64,000 nt of DNA from Eubacterium sp. (GCA_024698965.1 JAILQM010000083.1:8882-72881); one strand, 5' to 3'; shown: positions 26,198 to 36,832, numbered from the stretch's first letter. The notes: a model not told the origin generated them from the letters alone. Made by a program: numbers and translations.

Positions 26198-28798
26198 ATG
26201 GACTACAGTAAAGAAGAAGTAAGTAAAAAGAAAAAGAACCTAAATTCAAAAAGAAAAAAGAATCATCCGTTCTTTTCCGCATTTAAGATAGTAGTATGTT
26301 CGCTTATTGCAATAGGCTGTATCGGACTTTGCTGTTTATTCGGTCTTATTAACGGAGCGCTTGCAAGTGCGCCTTCAATAGACTCAATAGACGTTTCTCC
26401 CACAGGCTTTGCAACAACGGTGTATGACAGTGAAGGCACGGAGCTGACACAGCTCGTATCATCGGGTTCAAACAGAGTCTATGTAACAATAGATGAAATA
26501 CCCGAATGTGTGCAACACGCATTTGTCGCTATAGAAGACAGCCGTTTTTACGAGCATAACGGTATCGACATTAAAGGTATTATCCGTGCGGCATTTATCG
26601 GTATTACCACGGGTAACTTCTCAGAAGGTGCTAGTACAATCACTCAGCAGCTTCTTAAGAACAATGTCTTTACGACCTGGACAAGTGAGTCAAGTTTCGG
26701 CGAAAAGCTCAAGCGAAAGATTCAGGAGCAGTACCTTGCCGTCGAGCTTGAAAAGGTAACGGATAAAGATACGATTCTCGAAAACTACCTTAATACAATT
26801 AACCTCGGTCAAAACACCTTAGGTGTAGAGGCCGCATCAAACCGATATTTTAACAAAGATGTTTCTGAGCTTACAATATCAGAAGCTGCGGTTATTGCGT
26901 CAATTACGCAAAACCCTACAAAATACAATCCTGTAACAAACCCTGAAGAGAATGCAACAAGACGTGAAAAAGTATTGGGCAATATGCTTAAAGACGGCTA
27001 TATAACAGAAGCCGAATATAATGAAGCCCTTGCGGATGATGTTTATTCGAGAATTCAGGATATTAACGAATCGACAGAAACATCCATCTACTCATACTTC
27101 GTAGATGAGCTTATAGAGCAGGTAATAAACGATCTTCAGGAACAGAAGGGTTATTCCGAATCTCAGGCCTACAAGCTATTATACAGCGGCGGCCTTTCGA
27201 TTTACACAACTCAGGATCCGGAAATTCAGGCTATATGCGACGAAGAATACCAGGATTCATCAAACTTCCCGGATTCTACGGAGTGGACGGTTAACTTAAC
27301 GCTTACCATAGAACATTCCGACGGTACCTACAGTTATTATGATGAGCAGTCAATGCTTTCATATTATAAGGCTAACGTATCTTCAAGCTCTTACCTAATA
27401 TACAGTACGAAAAAAGAAGCCAAGAAGGCCGTTCGTGCATACGAAAAGGCTATTATGGAAGCCGGAGATACAATACCTGAAAACGGCGAGGTTATTACAT
27501 ATGTAGCCCAGCCGCAGTCATCTATTGTAGTAATGGATCAATCCACCGGAGAAGTAAAAGCCATTGTCGGCGGACGAGGCAAAAAGCAGGCTTCTCTTAC
27601 ACTTAACCGAGCAACAAACACTTATCGTCAGCCAGGTTCTACATTTAAAGTTGTATCGACATTTGCTCCGGCAATTGATGCGGCAGGATATACCCTCGCT
27701 TCCGTCCAGGACGATGCTCCTTACAGCTATTCCGACGGAACAACCGTCCACAACTACGATAATTCATATGGCGGCTTTACAACAATAAGACGTGCGATTA
27801 TGAAATCAATAAACATAGTTACCGTAAAAACACTTACGGATATCACTCCGCAGCTCGGTTATAATTACCTGTTAAACTTCGGATTTTCAAAGCTTTCAGA
27901 ATCAGACATCGTACAGTCCCTTGCCCTCGGAGGTATTACAACAGGTGTATCAAACTTAGAGCTCACCGCATCTTATGCGACAATAGCAAACGGCGGCACT
28001 TATACGGAGCCTATCTTCTATACAAAAATACTTGACCACGACGGCAATGTGCTCATTGAAAACGAGCCTGAAACAAGACAGGTATTACAGGAGACAACAG
28101 CCTTCCTTCTTACAGATGCAATGGAAGACGTTGTAACAAGCGGAACAGGTACAGCAGTAAACTTCGGTACTACAGCAATAGCCGGAAAAACAGGTACAAC
28201 AACTTCAAATGTTGACTCATGGTTTGTCGGATTTACAACCAGCTATACTTGCGGCGTATGGGGCGGATATGACACTAATGCCTCCCTTAGCTCAACTACC
28301 TACACCAAGAATTTATGGCGAGCAGTTATGTCTAGGATTCACGAGGATATGGAATACGAGAGTTTCCCTGTACCGGATGGTATTGTGAAAGCCTCTGTAT
28401 GCTCTAAATCGGGACTTTTACCTATAGACGGAGTTTGCTCTAACGATCCGAGAGGAAGCATGGTGATAACAGAATACTTTGCCAAAGGCACGGTTCCTAC
28501 AGATTACTGTAACCACCATATATCGGTTACAATTTGTGAAGATTCCGGTCTTATAGCGAGTGATTACTGCCCTGAAAGCAGCAAAACCACTCAGGTATTT
28601 ATAATAGACGGTTCGTCTTCAACCTCAGACGGTTCATATCTCTATGATGATATAGCCGATCAGATATGTAATATTCACGACGGTTCGCAAACCGAAGAAG
28701 CAACCGACGAAGAGACAACAGAAACCGAAGAAGACACCGGTGCAGAAGAAACCTCTGACGATAGCCAAAGCGACACAGGAACGGAAACTGCAGAATAG
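26198..28798 (+). CDS. Class A penicillin-binding protein (PBP1A family; glycosyltransferase plus transpeptidase) with an acidic C-terminal tail
   Basis: An N-terminal TM anchor, GT51 motifs (EDSRFYEHNGID, GASTITQQL, RKIQE) and transpeptidase motifs STFK and KTGTT. Confidence 0.92.
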   Translation: MDYSKEEVSKKKKNLNSKRKKNHPFFSAFKIVVCSLIAIGCIGLCCLFGLINGALASAPSIDSIDVSPTGFATTVYDSEGTELTQLVSSGSNRVYVTIDEIPECVQHAFVAIEDSRFYEHNGIDIKGIIRAAFIGITTGNFSEGASTITQQLLKNNVFTTWTSESSFGEKLKRKIQEQYLAVELEKVTDKDTILENYLNTINLGQNTLGVEAASNRYFNKDVSELTISEAAVIASITQNPTKYNPVTNPEENATRREKVLGNMLKDGYITEAEYNEALADDVYSRIQDINESTETSIYSYFVDELIEQVINDLQEQKGYSESQAYKLLYSGGLSIYTTQDPEIQAICDEEYQDSSNFPDSTEWTVNLTLTIEHSDGTYSYYDEQSMLSYYKANVSSSSYLIYSTKKEAKKAVRAYEKAIMEAGDTIPENGEVITYVAQPQSSIVVMDQSTGEVKAIVGGRGKKQASLTLNRATNTYRQPGSTFKVVSTFAPAIDAAGYTLASVQDDAPYSYSDGTTVHNYDNSYGGFTTIRRAIMKSINIVTVKTLTDITPQLGYNYLLNFGFSKLSESDIVQSLALGGITTGVSNLELTASYATIANGGTYTEPIFYTKILDHDGNVLIENEPETRQVLQETTAFLLTDAMEDVVTSGTGTAVNFGTTAIAGKTGTTTSNVDSWFVGFTTSYTCGVWGGYDTNASLSSTTYTKNLWRAVMSRIHEDMEYESFPVPDGIVKASVCSKSGLLPIDGVCSNDPRGSMVITEYFAKGTVPTDYCNHHISVTICEDSGLIASDYCPESSKTTQVFIIDGSSSTSDGSYLYDDIADQICNIHDGSQTEEATDEETTETEEDTGAEETSDDSQSDTGTETAE

Positions 28799-28840
28799 TG
28801 TTTTTAATCATGGTTTCGAAAATCAAAATAAACCCCAAAC

Positions 28841-28870
28841 AAAAAACCCACCGCCTAAGCGGTGGGTTTT
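28841..28870. terminator. Bidirectional rho-independent terminator
   Basis: aaaaaacccaccgc-ctaa-gcggtgggtttt lies between convergent genes. Confidence 0.85.
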
Positions 28871-28889
28871 AAATATTAATCAGAAATAA

Positions 28890-29240
28890 TTATTTCTTCA
28901 TTACGAGGCATACAAGCATCTGAGCTGTAACAATACCTGTGTTCTTAGACTCTCTCTCGCATCCCTTAGCCATGTGAATAGAATCGCCGGCATGAAGAAC
29001 ATGAGCTTTTCCGTCTTCACCTGTTGTAACTGTCATTTCGCCTTCTACGATGTAGTAGAACATTTCTACAGGAGCCGGAGCCATCTCAGCACCGCCGCCA
29101 GGTAAGAAGTGAGATAATCCGAGTGAGATTTCTCCTCCGTCTACCTGATCAGGTTTGTGAAGGTTTGTGCAACGCACATCATAGTGTCCAGGTGGTTCGT
29201 AAGTAACTGCTTCTGCAGCTGTAGTAACTTTGTAACTCAT
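28890..29240 (-). CDS. Cupin domain protein
   Basis: A small beta-barrel-type sequence (GLSHFLPGGGAEMAP…YYIVEGEM…GDSIHM). It shows strong 'optimal' codon bias. Confidence 0.7.
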   Translation of the reverse strand: MSYKVTTAAEAVTYEPPGHYDVRCTNLHKPDQVDGGEISLGLSHFLPGGGAEMAPAPVEMFYYIVEGEMTVTTGEDGKAHVLHAGDSIHMAKGCERESKNTGIVTAQMLVCLVMKK

Positions 29241-29368
29241 TGTTTACATCTTCCTTTCTTTTTTAAAAATTAACTGAATAATGATATTCAGATTAAGACA
29301 TGCTTATAAGTTCAAGCACCTAATTAGTATAACTCTATTTCCCCAAAAGTTCAATAGCGCTATGACTT

Positions 29369-29629
29369 TTATTGTGCCCCTGTAGTAAGGTATTTTTCTA
29401 TTTTTTCCATGGCTTCTTCTTCATCATCACCTTCAATTGTGATGTTGATAGGTTCACCCGGATAAAGGCCCAATGTCATCATTCCCATAATGCTTTTGGC
29501 ATTCACCTTTCTATTATCGGATTCAAAATAAATTCGGCTCTGGAACTCTCCCGCAAGCTGTACCATAACAGCGATTGGGCGCTCCTCTTTTCCATCCAAA
29601 ATGTTTACCGTTACTTCCTTCTGAATCAT
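29369..29629 (-). CDS. HPr-family phosphocarrier-like protein lacking His15 (Crh-like; Ser46 region retained)
   Basis: It aligns to HPr/Crh. GKEERPIA replaces G(I/L)HARPA, and KVNAKSIMGMMTLG retains the HprK target Ser. Its position after whiA matches crh in Bacillus. Confidence 0.8.
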   Translation of the reverse strand: MIQKEVTVNILDGKEERPIAVMVQLAGEFQSRIYFESDNRKVNAKSIMGMMTLGLYPGEPINITIEGDDEEEAMEKIEKYLTTGAQ

Positions 29630-29662
29630 TTTTTCCTCCTTCGTCTGCCTAAAGCAGCCACA

Positions 29663-30607
29663 TTAACCCCGAATATTTTCTGCTGTTTCGCTTAATTTCT
29701 TCAGTCTGTGATTAACACCCGACTTGCCGACCTTAGGGTCGCACATTTCTCCGAGCTCCTTTAAAGAGCTCTCCGGATGTTCCAATCGAAGATGTGCCAT
29801 TTCCTTTAAATGCTCCGGCATCTTATCAAGCTCGCCGCAATTTATAAGGAATTTGATATCTTCTATCTGCTTAACCGCCGCACTTACAGTTTTATTAAGG
29901 TTTGCGGTCTCACAGTTCACCTGCCTGTTCACATTGTTTCTCATATCCTTAAGAATGCGAACGTTTTCCATCTGCATAAGAGCCACAAAAGCTTCCATTA
30001 CATTTAAAAGATCGATAATCTGCGTACCCTCTTTTATATATGCAATATAATGGTTTTTGCGCTCCACAACCTTGGCATCTATACCAAAGGCTTTCATCTG
30101 CTCAACAAGTTGATCGGCCCGGCCGCTTTTATCACAGATAAATTCCAGATGATAAGACTTTTCCGGGTCGCTCATTGAGCCTCCCGCCATAAACGCACCT
30201 CTTAAAAATGCTCTCCTGCAACAATCGTTTAGTACAAGCACTTTGGGCACAAGCCCTTCCGGCGGTCTATAGTTTCCGTCTTCTCCTATTTCCTTAAAGG
30301 CCTGCAGCACATTTAAGGCATCCTCAGGTGAAGAAATCCTAATAATAAACCTGCGGCCCTTGAACTGGCCGCTACCGTTTTCTATCTCGATTTCTGTAAT
30401 AATTTTAAATGTTTTCTTTATTAAAGTAAAGCACTTTCTGGCAAGTCTGGCATTTTCGGTTTGAATGGTAATTTTGTAGCCTTCATCCGAATTTCCCTCT
30501 ACATTTCCACACATTCCGACAATAGCGCCAAGTTCCGCTATTTGGCAATGTCTGGCCTTCGGAAGCTGCTTCGAAAGTTCTTCTTTTACGTCTCCGGAAA
30601 AGGACAT
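29663..30607 (-). CDS. whiA: DNA-binding protein WhiA
   Basis: N-terminus MSFSGDVKEEL, LAGLIDADG-like halves, and a C-terminal HTH (SLKELGEMCDPKVGKSGVNHRLKKL). Confidence 0.9.
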   Translation of the reverse strand: MSFSGDVKEELSKQLPKARHCQIAELGAIVGMCGNVEGNSDEGYKITIQTENARLARKCFTLIKKTFKIITEIEIENGSGQFKGRRFIIRISSPEDALNVLQAFKEIGEDGNYRPPEGLVPKVLVLNDCCRRAFLRGAFMAGGSMSDPEKSYHLEFICDKSGRADQLVEQMKAFGIDAKVVERKNHYIAYIKEGTQIIDLLNVMEAFVALMQMENVRILKDMRNNVNRQVNCETANLNKTVSAAVKQIEDIKFLINCGELDKMPEHLKEMAHLRLEHPESSLKELGEMCDPKVGKSGVNHRLKKLSETAENIRG

Positions 30608-30626
30608 TAAAAGTCCTCCTTTTTTG

Positions 30627-31514
30627 TTATTTTCCTCTTAAAGCGTCTTTGCCTATATCCCTGTGCTCTTTTCTAAGGCCATAGTCCTCAAGGTCTGAAA
30701 GTGCGTCAAACAGAGCATTTGCAAGTGTTACGCTTCTGTGCTTTCCTCCCGTGCAGCCTATTGCTATAACGAGCTGATTTTTTCCTTCTGAAGTATATCT
30801 CGGAAGCAAAAATTCTATCATGTCTTTTAATTTGTCCAAAAAGACATGAGAATCCTCGAAACCCATAACATATTTTTGAACCTCTTCATCTTCACCTGTA
30901 AGCGGCTTTAAGCTGTCGATATAAAACGGATTCGGCAAGAATCTTACATCAAACACAAGGTCTGCATCTGCCGGAATACCGTATTTAAACCCAAAGGACA
31001 TAACCATGATATTAAGGCTCTTATAGGTTTGTTTGTTTACAAAAATATCTTTAAGCTGCGAGTTTAATTCCCTCGTAAGAAGGTGGCTCGTATCTATAAT
31101 ATAGTCTGCCTGTTCCTTCAAAAACTCAAGTTTTTTCCTCTCAAGCGATATACCGGTATCCACTCTTCCTTTAGGCGCAAGAGGATGGCTTCTTCTCGTC
31201 TCTTTATAACGCTTAACAAGAACCGAATCTTCGGCATCCAAGAAAAGAATTTTATAGCTTCTTCCAAGATCGTTCATCTGCTCAAGCACATTTTCAAGCT
31301 CGCCCAATCTGTCACCGTTTCTTATATCTATAACGATGGCCACTCCCATGTCGCTGTCTGATGCCGGCGAGCCTCCCTGATATGCCAAATCGGCAAATTT
31401 TTCAAGCAAAGGTATGGGCAGATTGTCAATGCACAAAAACCCCATATCTTCCATCATCTTAAGCGCCTGACTTTTGCCGGCACCGCTCATTCCGGTTAAA
31501 ATAACAAATTCCAT
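30627..31514 (-). CDS. rapZ: RNase adapter protein RapZ (YvcJ family P-loop NTPase)
   Basis: ILTGMSGAGKS, FLDA.D..L..R, CTGG.HRS motifs. Confidence 0.9.
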   Translation of the reverse strand: MEFVILTGMSGAGKSQALKMMEDMGFLCIDNLPIPLLEKFADLAYQGGSPASDSDMGVAIVIDIRNGDRLGELENVLEQMNDLGRSYKILFLDAEDSVLVKRYKETRRSHPLAPKGRVDTGISLERKKLEFLKEQADYIIDTSHLLTRELNSQLKDIFVNKQTYKSLNIMVMSFGFKYGIPADADLVFDVRFLPNPFYIDSLKPLTGEDEEVQKYVMGFEDSHVFLDKLKDMIEFLLPRYTSEGKNQLVIAIGCTGGKHRSVTLANALFDALSDLEDYGLRKEHRDIGKDALRGK

Positions 31515-31525
31515 AGTTTTTCCTC

Positions 31526-32434
31526 TTAAAACTCACCGATAATTCTGACCTCGGGTGAAAGCTCGACTCCGAATTTACTCTTAACCTCCGCCGATACATT
31601 CTGCATGAGAGTATATACGTCTTCAGCTGTTGCCCCACCTTTATTTATCACAAATCCGCAGTGCTTTTCCGAAACCTGAGCTCCTCCTACCGTATATCCC
31701 GCAAGCCCTGCATCCATAATAAGCTTTCCGGCAAAATAGCCTTCCGGTCTTTTGAATGTAGATCCCGCGCTCGGATATTCCAAAGGCTGCTTTTCGGTCC
31801 TCTTCTTTTTAAGCTCATCCATTTCTTCGCGGATTTTTTCCTTATCTTTTTTCTCGAGCTCGAACTCGCCCCAAAGGACGATTGCTCCGCTCTTCATTAT
31901 ATAACTCGTTCTGTACTGTCCGTCGTATTTTTCTGCATCTATAATATCGCTGTTTCCGTCCTTATCCAAAATGCCTATACGCTTTACGACCTGTTTCATC
32001 TCACCGCCGTAGGCTCCTGCATTCATTGTAAGCGCGCCGCCGACAGTTCCGGGAATTCCGGACGCAAACTCAAGCCCGCCAAGTGAAGATTCTGCTGCCT
32101 TTGCGGCAAGACCGATCAGCATTGCTCCCGCCTGGGCGCGAATAATATTTCCCTTAATCTCAATGGAATTCATCTGCTTTTCAAGAGCTATCACCACGCC
32201 CCTTATGCCTTTGTCCGAAACCAAAAGATTGCTTCCGTTTCCGACTATCATATAAGGCATATTTTCTTGTTTGCAAAGTTTAATTGTCTCTGCAACCTTA
32301 TCAGCCTCCGGCATCAGAAAATAATCGGCTTTCCCGCCTATTCGAAATGTCGTATGCAGGCTCATAGGTTCATTTTCTTTAATCCCGCTTTCGGGCAGTA
32401 TTTTCAAAAGTTTCTCTTTAAAATCCATGTCCAT
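31526..32434 (-). CDS. murB: UDP-N-acetylenolpyruvoylglucosamine reductase
   Basis: FAD-binding TFRIGG, GNGSNLL and PSAGSTFKRP motifs. Confidence 0.92.
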   Translation of the reverse strand: MDMDFKEKLLKILPESGIKENEPMSLHTTFRIGGKADYFLMPEADKVAETIKLCKQENMPYMIVGNGSNLLVSDKGIRGVVIALEKQMNSIEIKGNIIRAQAGAMLIGLAAKAAESSLGGLEFASGIPGTVGGALTMNAGAYGGEMKQVVKRIGILDKDGNSDIIDAEKYDGQYRTSYIMKSGAIVLWGEFELEKKDKEKIREEMDELKKKRTEKQPLEYPSAGSTFKRPEGYFAGKLIMDAGLAGYTVGGAQVSEKHCGFVINKGGATAEDVYTLMQNVSAEVKSKFGVELSPEVRIIGEF

Positions 32435-32441
32435 CCCCGGC

Positions 32442-33833
32442 TTACTGAAAATATTCTATCTCTTTAAGAAAGGCGATATAGCCTTTATATGCTTCGTAAA
32501 GATCGGCTTTACTGATGATTTCCCAAGGTGCGTGCATATTTAATACAGCAACTCCGCTGTCAATTACCTGCATTCCGTATCTTGCCAAAATATAGGCAAT
32601 GGTTCCGCCGCCGCCCTGGTCAACCTTACCAAGCTCTGCTGTCTGGAATCCGATCTTGTTTTTGTCAAAAATGTTTCTTATTGCCGCCATATACTCAGGG
32701 TTGGCATCGTTAGAACCGCTCTTTCCGCGGCTTCCGGTAAACTTGTTAAATACGATTCCGTTTCCGAGGAAGGCTGCGTTTTTCTTTTCAAAAGCCGATG
32801 CATAGTTTGAATCAAAGGCCGCACTTACATCAGATGAAAGCACGCACGAATTTGTAAGCGCTCTTCTTACCGAAAGCTCTGAGTAGTCTCCGCAAAGATT
32901 CATAACCTCTGCCACCATGTTTTCAAAAAATCTCGACTTCATTCCGGTAGCTCCCACGCTTCCGATTTCTTCCTTGTCCACAAGAAGGCATACGCTTGTG
33001 CGCTTCGGATTCTTCATTTCAGTAATTGCCTTAAACGAAGGATAGGCGCAAACTCTGTCATCATGTCCGTATCCCATAACCATACTTCTGTCAAGGCCGT
33101 AGTCTCTCGCACGTCCTGCCGGCACAACTTCTATCTCCGCAGAAAGGAAGTCTTCCTCTTCTACCTTATATTCTTTTTTAAGTATCTCTATAATGTTTTT
33201 GGCTACCGCATCCTTTTCCTCTCCTTTTAAAGGAATGCTTCCGACAAGCACATCAAGCTTTTCACCCTCAACAGCCTTTGCGGCTTTTTTCTCAAGCTGA
33301 TCCTGAGCAAGATGAATAAGGATGTCCGATACACCAAATACCGGATCGTCATCTTTTTCTCCGATGTTTACGCTGACTTTTGTGCCGTCTTTTTTAACTA
33401 TTACGCCGTGAAGTGCAAGAGGGAGAGTAACCCACTGATACTTCTTTACTCCGCCGTAATAATGAGTGTCCAAAAGGGCCATCTTTGAATCTTCATAGAG
33501 AGGATTTTGCTTAACATCGAGTCTCGGAGAATCTATATGAGCGCCCAAAATATTCATTCCTTTTTCAAGCGCATCCTTTCCGATTACAAACATCGCAATC
33601 TCTTTTCCCATGTTGTTGCAGATGACCTTGTCTCCGCTCTTTAACTTCTTGCCTTTTTTGATTGCGTCTTCTATTTTTATAAAACCTTCTTTAAGAGCAA
33701 GCTCTTCAAAAAATGCAGCGCATTCTCTCTCGGTCTTGCAATTTGACAAAAATTCCTTATATCCGTCAGCAAAAGAAAATACCTTTTTCTTTTCGGCTGC
33801 GGTATATTTTTCCCATACGTTTGGTCTTTCCAT
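32442..33833 (-). CDS. M18-family aminopeptidase
   Basis: A 463-aa protein with HIDSPRLD, GYGHDDR and DKEEIGS motifs characteristic of M18/M42-type metallo-aminopeptidases. Confidence 0.8.
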   Translation of the reverse strand: MERPNVWEKYTAAEKKKVFSFADGYKEFLSNCKTERECAAFFEELALKEGFIKIEDAIKKGKKLKSGDKVICNNMGKEIAMFVIGKDALEKGMNILGAHIDSPRLDVKQNPLYEDSKMALLDTHYYGGVKKYQWVTLPLALHGVIVKKDGTKVSVNIGEKDDDPVFGVSDILIHLAQDQLEKKAAKAVEGEKLDVLVGSIPLKGEEKDAVAKNIIEILKKEYKVEEEDFLSAEIEVVPAGRARDYGLDRSMVMGYGHDDRVCAYPSFKAITEMKNPKRTSVCLLVDKEEIGSVGATGMKSRFFENMVAEVMNLCGDYSELSVRRALTNSCVLSSDVSAAFDSNYASAFEKKNAAFLGNGIVFNKFTGSRGKSGSNDANPEYMAAIRNIFDKNKIGFQTAELGKVDQGGGGTIAYILARYGMQVIDSGVAVLNMHAPWEIISKADLYEAYKGYIAFLKEIEYFQ

Positions 33834-33856
33834 GATCTACTCCTTCTTTCCTTTTG

Positions 33857-34828
33857 TTATGAATTTTCCAATCTTTCCTGCTGTTTACGCAGCATGTTTT
33901 CTTCCACTCTTCTGTAAAGCTCCTGGGCTGCGTTATATCCCATCTTTTTCTGTCTGTGGTTAATAGCGGCAACCTCACAGATAACCGCAAGGTTTCGGCC
34001 CGGTCTAATAGGAAGTTCCTGGCAAACCACGTCAAGGCCGAGAAAATTAATGTACTTTTCATCGAGCCCAATTCTGTCGTAATCTGCACCCTTTTCCCAT
34101 TCTTCGAGCTTAATTACAATATCTATATTCTGTTTCGGCTTGATTGATTCAACTCCGAAAAGCATCTTAACATCAATCATACCGATTCCTCTAACCTCAA
34201 GGAAATACTGGGTAACCTCCGGCGCCGTTCCTACAAGCGTCCATTCGTTAACCCTTCTTATTTCAACGACATCGTCTGCAACAAGACGGTGTCCTCTTCT
34301 TATAAGCTCAAGCGCCGCTTCGCTCTTTCCGATTCCGCTCTCTCCCATAATCAAAAGTCCCTCGCCGTAGCAGTCGACAAGCACTCCGTGTACTGTCATA
34401 AACGGTGCAAACACTTCTCCGAGTTCAGTAATCAGAACGCCCATAAAAGGCGAGGTCTCTTCCTGGGTAAGATATACTGGTACATTGTTTTTCTCTGCAA
34501 TTTTAAGGATTTCCTCATCCGGTCTGTTTCCTCTGCAGAAAATGATTGCCGGCACGTCATAGGAAAACATTTTTTCAAATATCCATGTTCTTCGCGCTTT
34601 GTCCATAAGCTGAATATAGTTGTACTCAACTTTGCCTATGATGAGTATTCTCTGATACGGAAAACTTTCAAAATATCCCGTAAGCTGAAATCCGGGTCTG
34701 TGTACCTCTCTGGTTGTTACCCTTATATTTGAAGTATCCACGCTCGGCGTAAGATACTCAAGATCTATTCCTTTAAGCAGTTCATCAAGTTTAATGCTTT
34801 CTCTTGCCGCATCACTCATGTAATTCAC
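33857..34828 (-). CDS. hprK: HPr kinase/phosphorylase
   Basis: Walker A GESGIGKSE and signature LVADD…LE(V/I)RG(I/L)G. Confidence 0.92.
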   Translation of the reverse strand: MNYMSDAARESIKLDELLKGIDLEYLTPSVDTSNIRVTTREVHRPGFQLTGYFESFPYQRILIIGKVEYNYIQLMDKARRTWIFEKMFSYDVPAIIFCRGNRPDEEILKIAEKNNVPVYLTQEETSPFMGVLITELGEVFAPFMTVHGVLVDCYGEGLLIMGESGIGKSEAALELIRRGHRLVADDVVEIRRVNEWTLVGTAPEVTQYFLEVRGIGMIDVKMLFGVESIKPKQNIDIVIKLEEWEKGADYDRIGLDEKYINFLGLDVVCQELPIRPGRNLAVICEVAAINHRQKKMGYNAAQELYRRVEENMLRKQQERLENS

Positions 34829-34877
34829 CCCTTCTTAATTCATTATACTTAATAATACCATAAATCTGCCGCGAATA

Positions 34878-36737
34878 TCACTCGGAAGAGTCTAATCGCA
34901 AAAAATTATACAGTTCTCTTGCCACATTTTCCGGCATATCTCCGGCATCTGCAAGCTCTTCTACGCTCGCCTCTCTCATCTTATCAATCGATTCAAAGCT
35001 TTTCATAAGAGCTTTTCTTCTCGCCGGACCTATTCCCTTTACATCATCAAGTACCGAATGCACCTGTCCCTTACTTCTCAAAGACCTGTGATAGGTTATC
35101 GCAAATCTGTGCGCCTCATCCTGAACCCTCGTTATAAGATGAAACGCTGCGCCGGACTTGTCTATCGGTATTTCCTTATTATCCACATAAAGGCCTCTCG
35201 TCCTATGGTGGTCATCTTTTACCATTCCGCAAACCGGTATGTGAATACCGAGTTTTTCAAGAACGGCTTCAGCTATATTAACCTGTCCTCTTCCGCCGTC
35301 CATCAAAATAAGATCCGGAAACTTTGTAAAGCTGTCAAAATCCTTTGACTTTCCTTCCTCCATTTCATTTAGGCCGTGAGAAAACCTTCTCGTAAGCACC
35401 TCATCCATGGCCGCATAATCGTTCTGTCCGGAAAGAGATTTGATTCTGAACTTTCTGTAGTCGTTTCTTTTGGGCTTGCCGTTTTCATATACCACCATTG
35501 AGCCCACCATGTTGTAACCGCTGATGTTCGATATATCATAGGCCTCTATTCTTTTAAGCTCTCCGACTCCGGTAAGCTTTCCGAGTTCATTCATGGCCCC
35601 TATTGTGCGTTTTTCTTCACGCTTTAATTTCTCTTTGTCCGTACTTAAAACAAGCTCTGCGTTTTTCTTTGCAAGCTCCACCAGCTTTTCCTTGGCTCCT
35701 TTTTTCGGAACCTTGATATATACCTTATGACCTCTTAAATCCGAAAGCCACTCCTCTATAAGCCCGCTGTCTTTTACCTCGCTTTGAAGCATAAGCTCCT
35801 TTGGCACAAACGGAGTTCCCGAATAATACTGTTTAACAAAACTTCCGAACACATCCGCATCATCATCATCTTCGCCAAGTTCAAGGTAAAAATGCTCTCT
35901 GCCCATGAGTTTCCCGTCTCTTACAAAAAATACCTGAATAACCGCATCCCTTTCATCTCTCGCAAGCGCGATTATATCTTTATCTTCTCCGTCGGATGCT
36001 GTAATTTTCTGTTTTTGCGCGACGGCCCTTACGCTGTTTAAAAGCTCTTTTGTCTCTGCCGCCTCCTCAAATTTAAGCTCTTCGGAAAAAGCATACATCT
36101 TTTCCTCAAGCTCTTTTATAAGCGGGGCATAGTTTCCGCCGAGAAAGTCAAGTGCCTTATCAACCTGCTTCATATAATCTTCGTGGGAAATATAACCCTG
36201 ACACGGGGCCGGACATCTGTCCATGTGATAATTCAGGCATGCTCTGTCATTCTTTTTTCCCGAAGGAATCTTCTTTCTGCAGGTTCTGAGCTTATAGAGC
36301 TTTTGCATAAGCTCTACCGTATCTTTTACGGCACCCGCACTCGTATAAGGCCCAAAATACTTTGAGCTGTCTTTTTTCATCTGCCTTGTACTAAATACTC
36401 TCGGGAATTGTTCGCCGACCGTCACCTTGATATAAGGATAGGTCTTATCGTCCTTTAAAAGAGTGTTATATTTTGGTCTGTGCTCTTTTATAAGATTGTT
36501 TTCAAGCACAAGAGCTTCGAGCTCCGAGTCCGTTACTATGTATTCAAAATAATCTATTTTAGGCACAAGCTGAGCCAGAATAGCCCTGCCGTCTCCGCCT
36601 TTTTGAAAATACTGGCGAACCCTGCTTTTAAGGCTAAGCGCTTTGCCCACATAGATAATCTCATCGCTTTTATCATGCATTATATAAACTCCCGGTTTAT
36701 CCGGAAGCTTTTTAAGCTCTTCCTTGATATCAAACAT
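34878..36737 (-). CDS. uvrC: Excinuclease ABC subunit C
   Basis: GIY-YIG N-terminus (PGVYIMHD…IYVGKA), a UVR domain, and C-terminal RNase H-like and HhH2 regions. Confidence 0.95.
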   Translation of the reverse strand: MFDIKEELKKLPDKPGVYIMHDKSDEIIYVGKALSLKSRVRQYFQKGGDGRAILAQLVPKIDYFEYIVTDSELEALVLENNLIKEHRPKYNTLLKDDKTYPYIKVTVGEQFPRVFSTRQMKKDSSKYFGPYTSAGAVKDTVELMQKLYKLRTCRKKIPSGKKNDRACLNYHMDRCPAPCQGYISHEDYMKQVDKALDFLGGNYAPLIKELEEKMYAFSEELKFEEAAETKELLNSVRAVAQKQKITASDGEDKDIIALARDERDAVIQVFFVRDGKLMGREHFYLELGEDDDDADVFGSFVKQYYSGTPFVPKELMLQSEVKDSGLIEEWLSDLRGHKVYIKVPKKGAKEKLVELAKKNAELVLSTDKEKLKREEKRTIGAMNELGKLTGVGELKRIEAYDISNISGYNMVGSMVVYENGKPKRNDYRKFRIKSLSGQNDYAAMDEVLTRRFSHGLNEMEEGKSKDFDSFTKFPDLILMDGGRGQVNIAEAVLEKLGIHIPVCGMVKDDHHRTRGLYVDNKEIPIDKSGAAFHLITRVQDEAHRFAITYHRSLRSKGQVHSVLDDVKGIGPARRKALMKSFESIDKMREASVEELADAGDMPENVARELYNFLRLDSSE

Positions 36738-36785
36738 ATTCTAATTCTACCACAAACTCTTCCCTCAGGCGAGTAACTTAAAGCC

Positions 36786-36819
36786 AAAAAAGGCCGCAGC
36801 TTTTACTAAAGCCACGGCC
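36786..36819 (-). terminator. Rho-independent terminator after the lipoprotein gene
   Basis: The minus strand reads ggccgtggcttt-agta-aaagctgcggcc followed by tttttt. Confidence 0.75.
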
Positions 36820-36832
36820 CTTTATACTTTAT

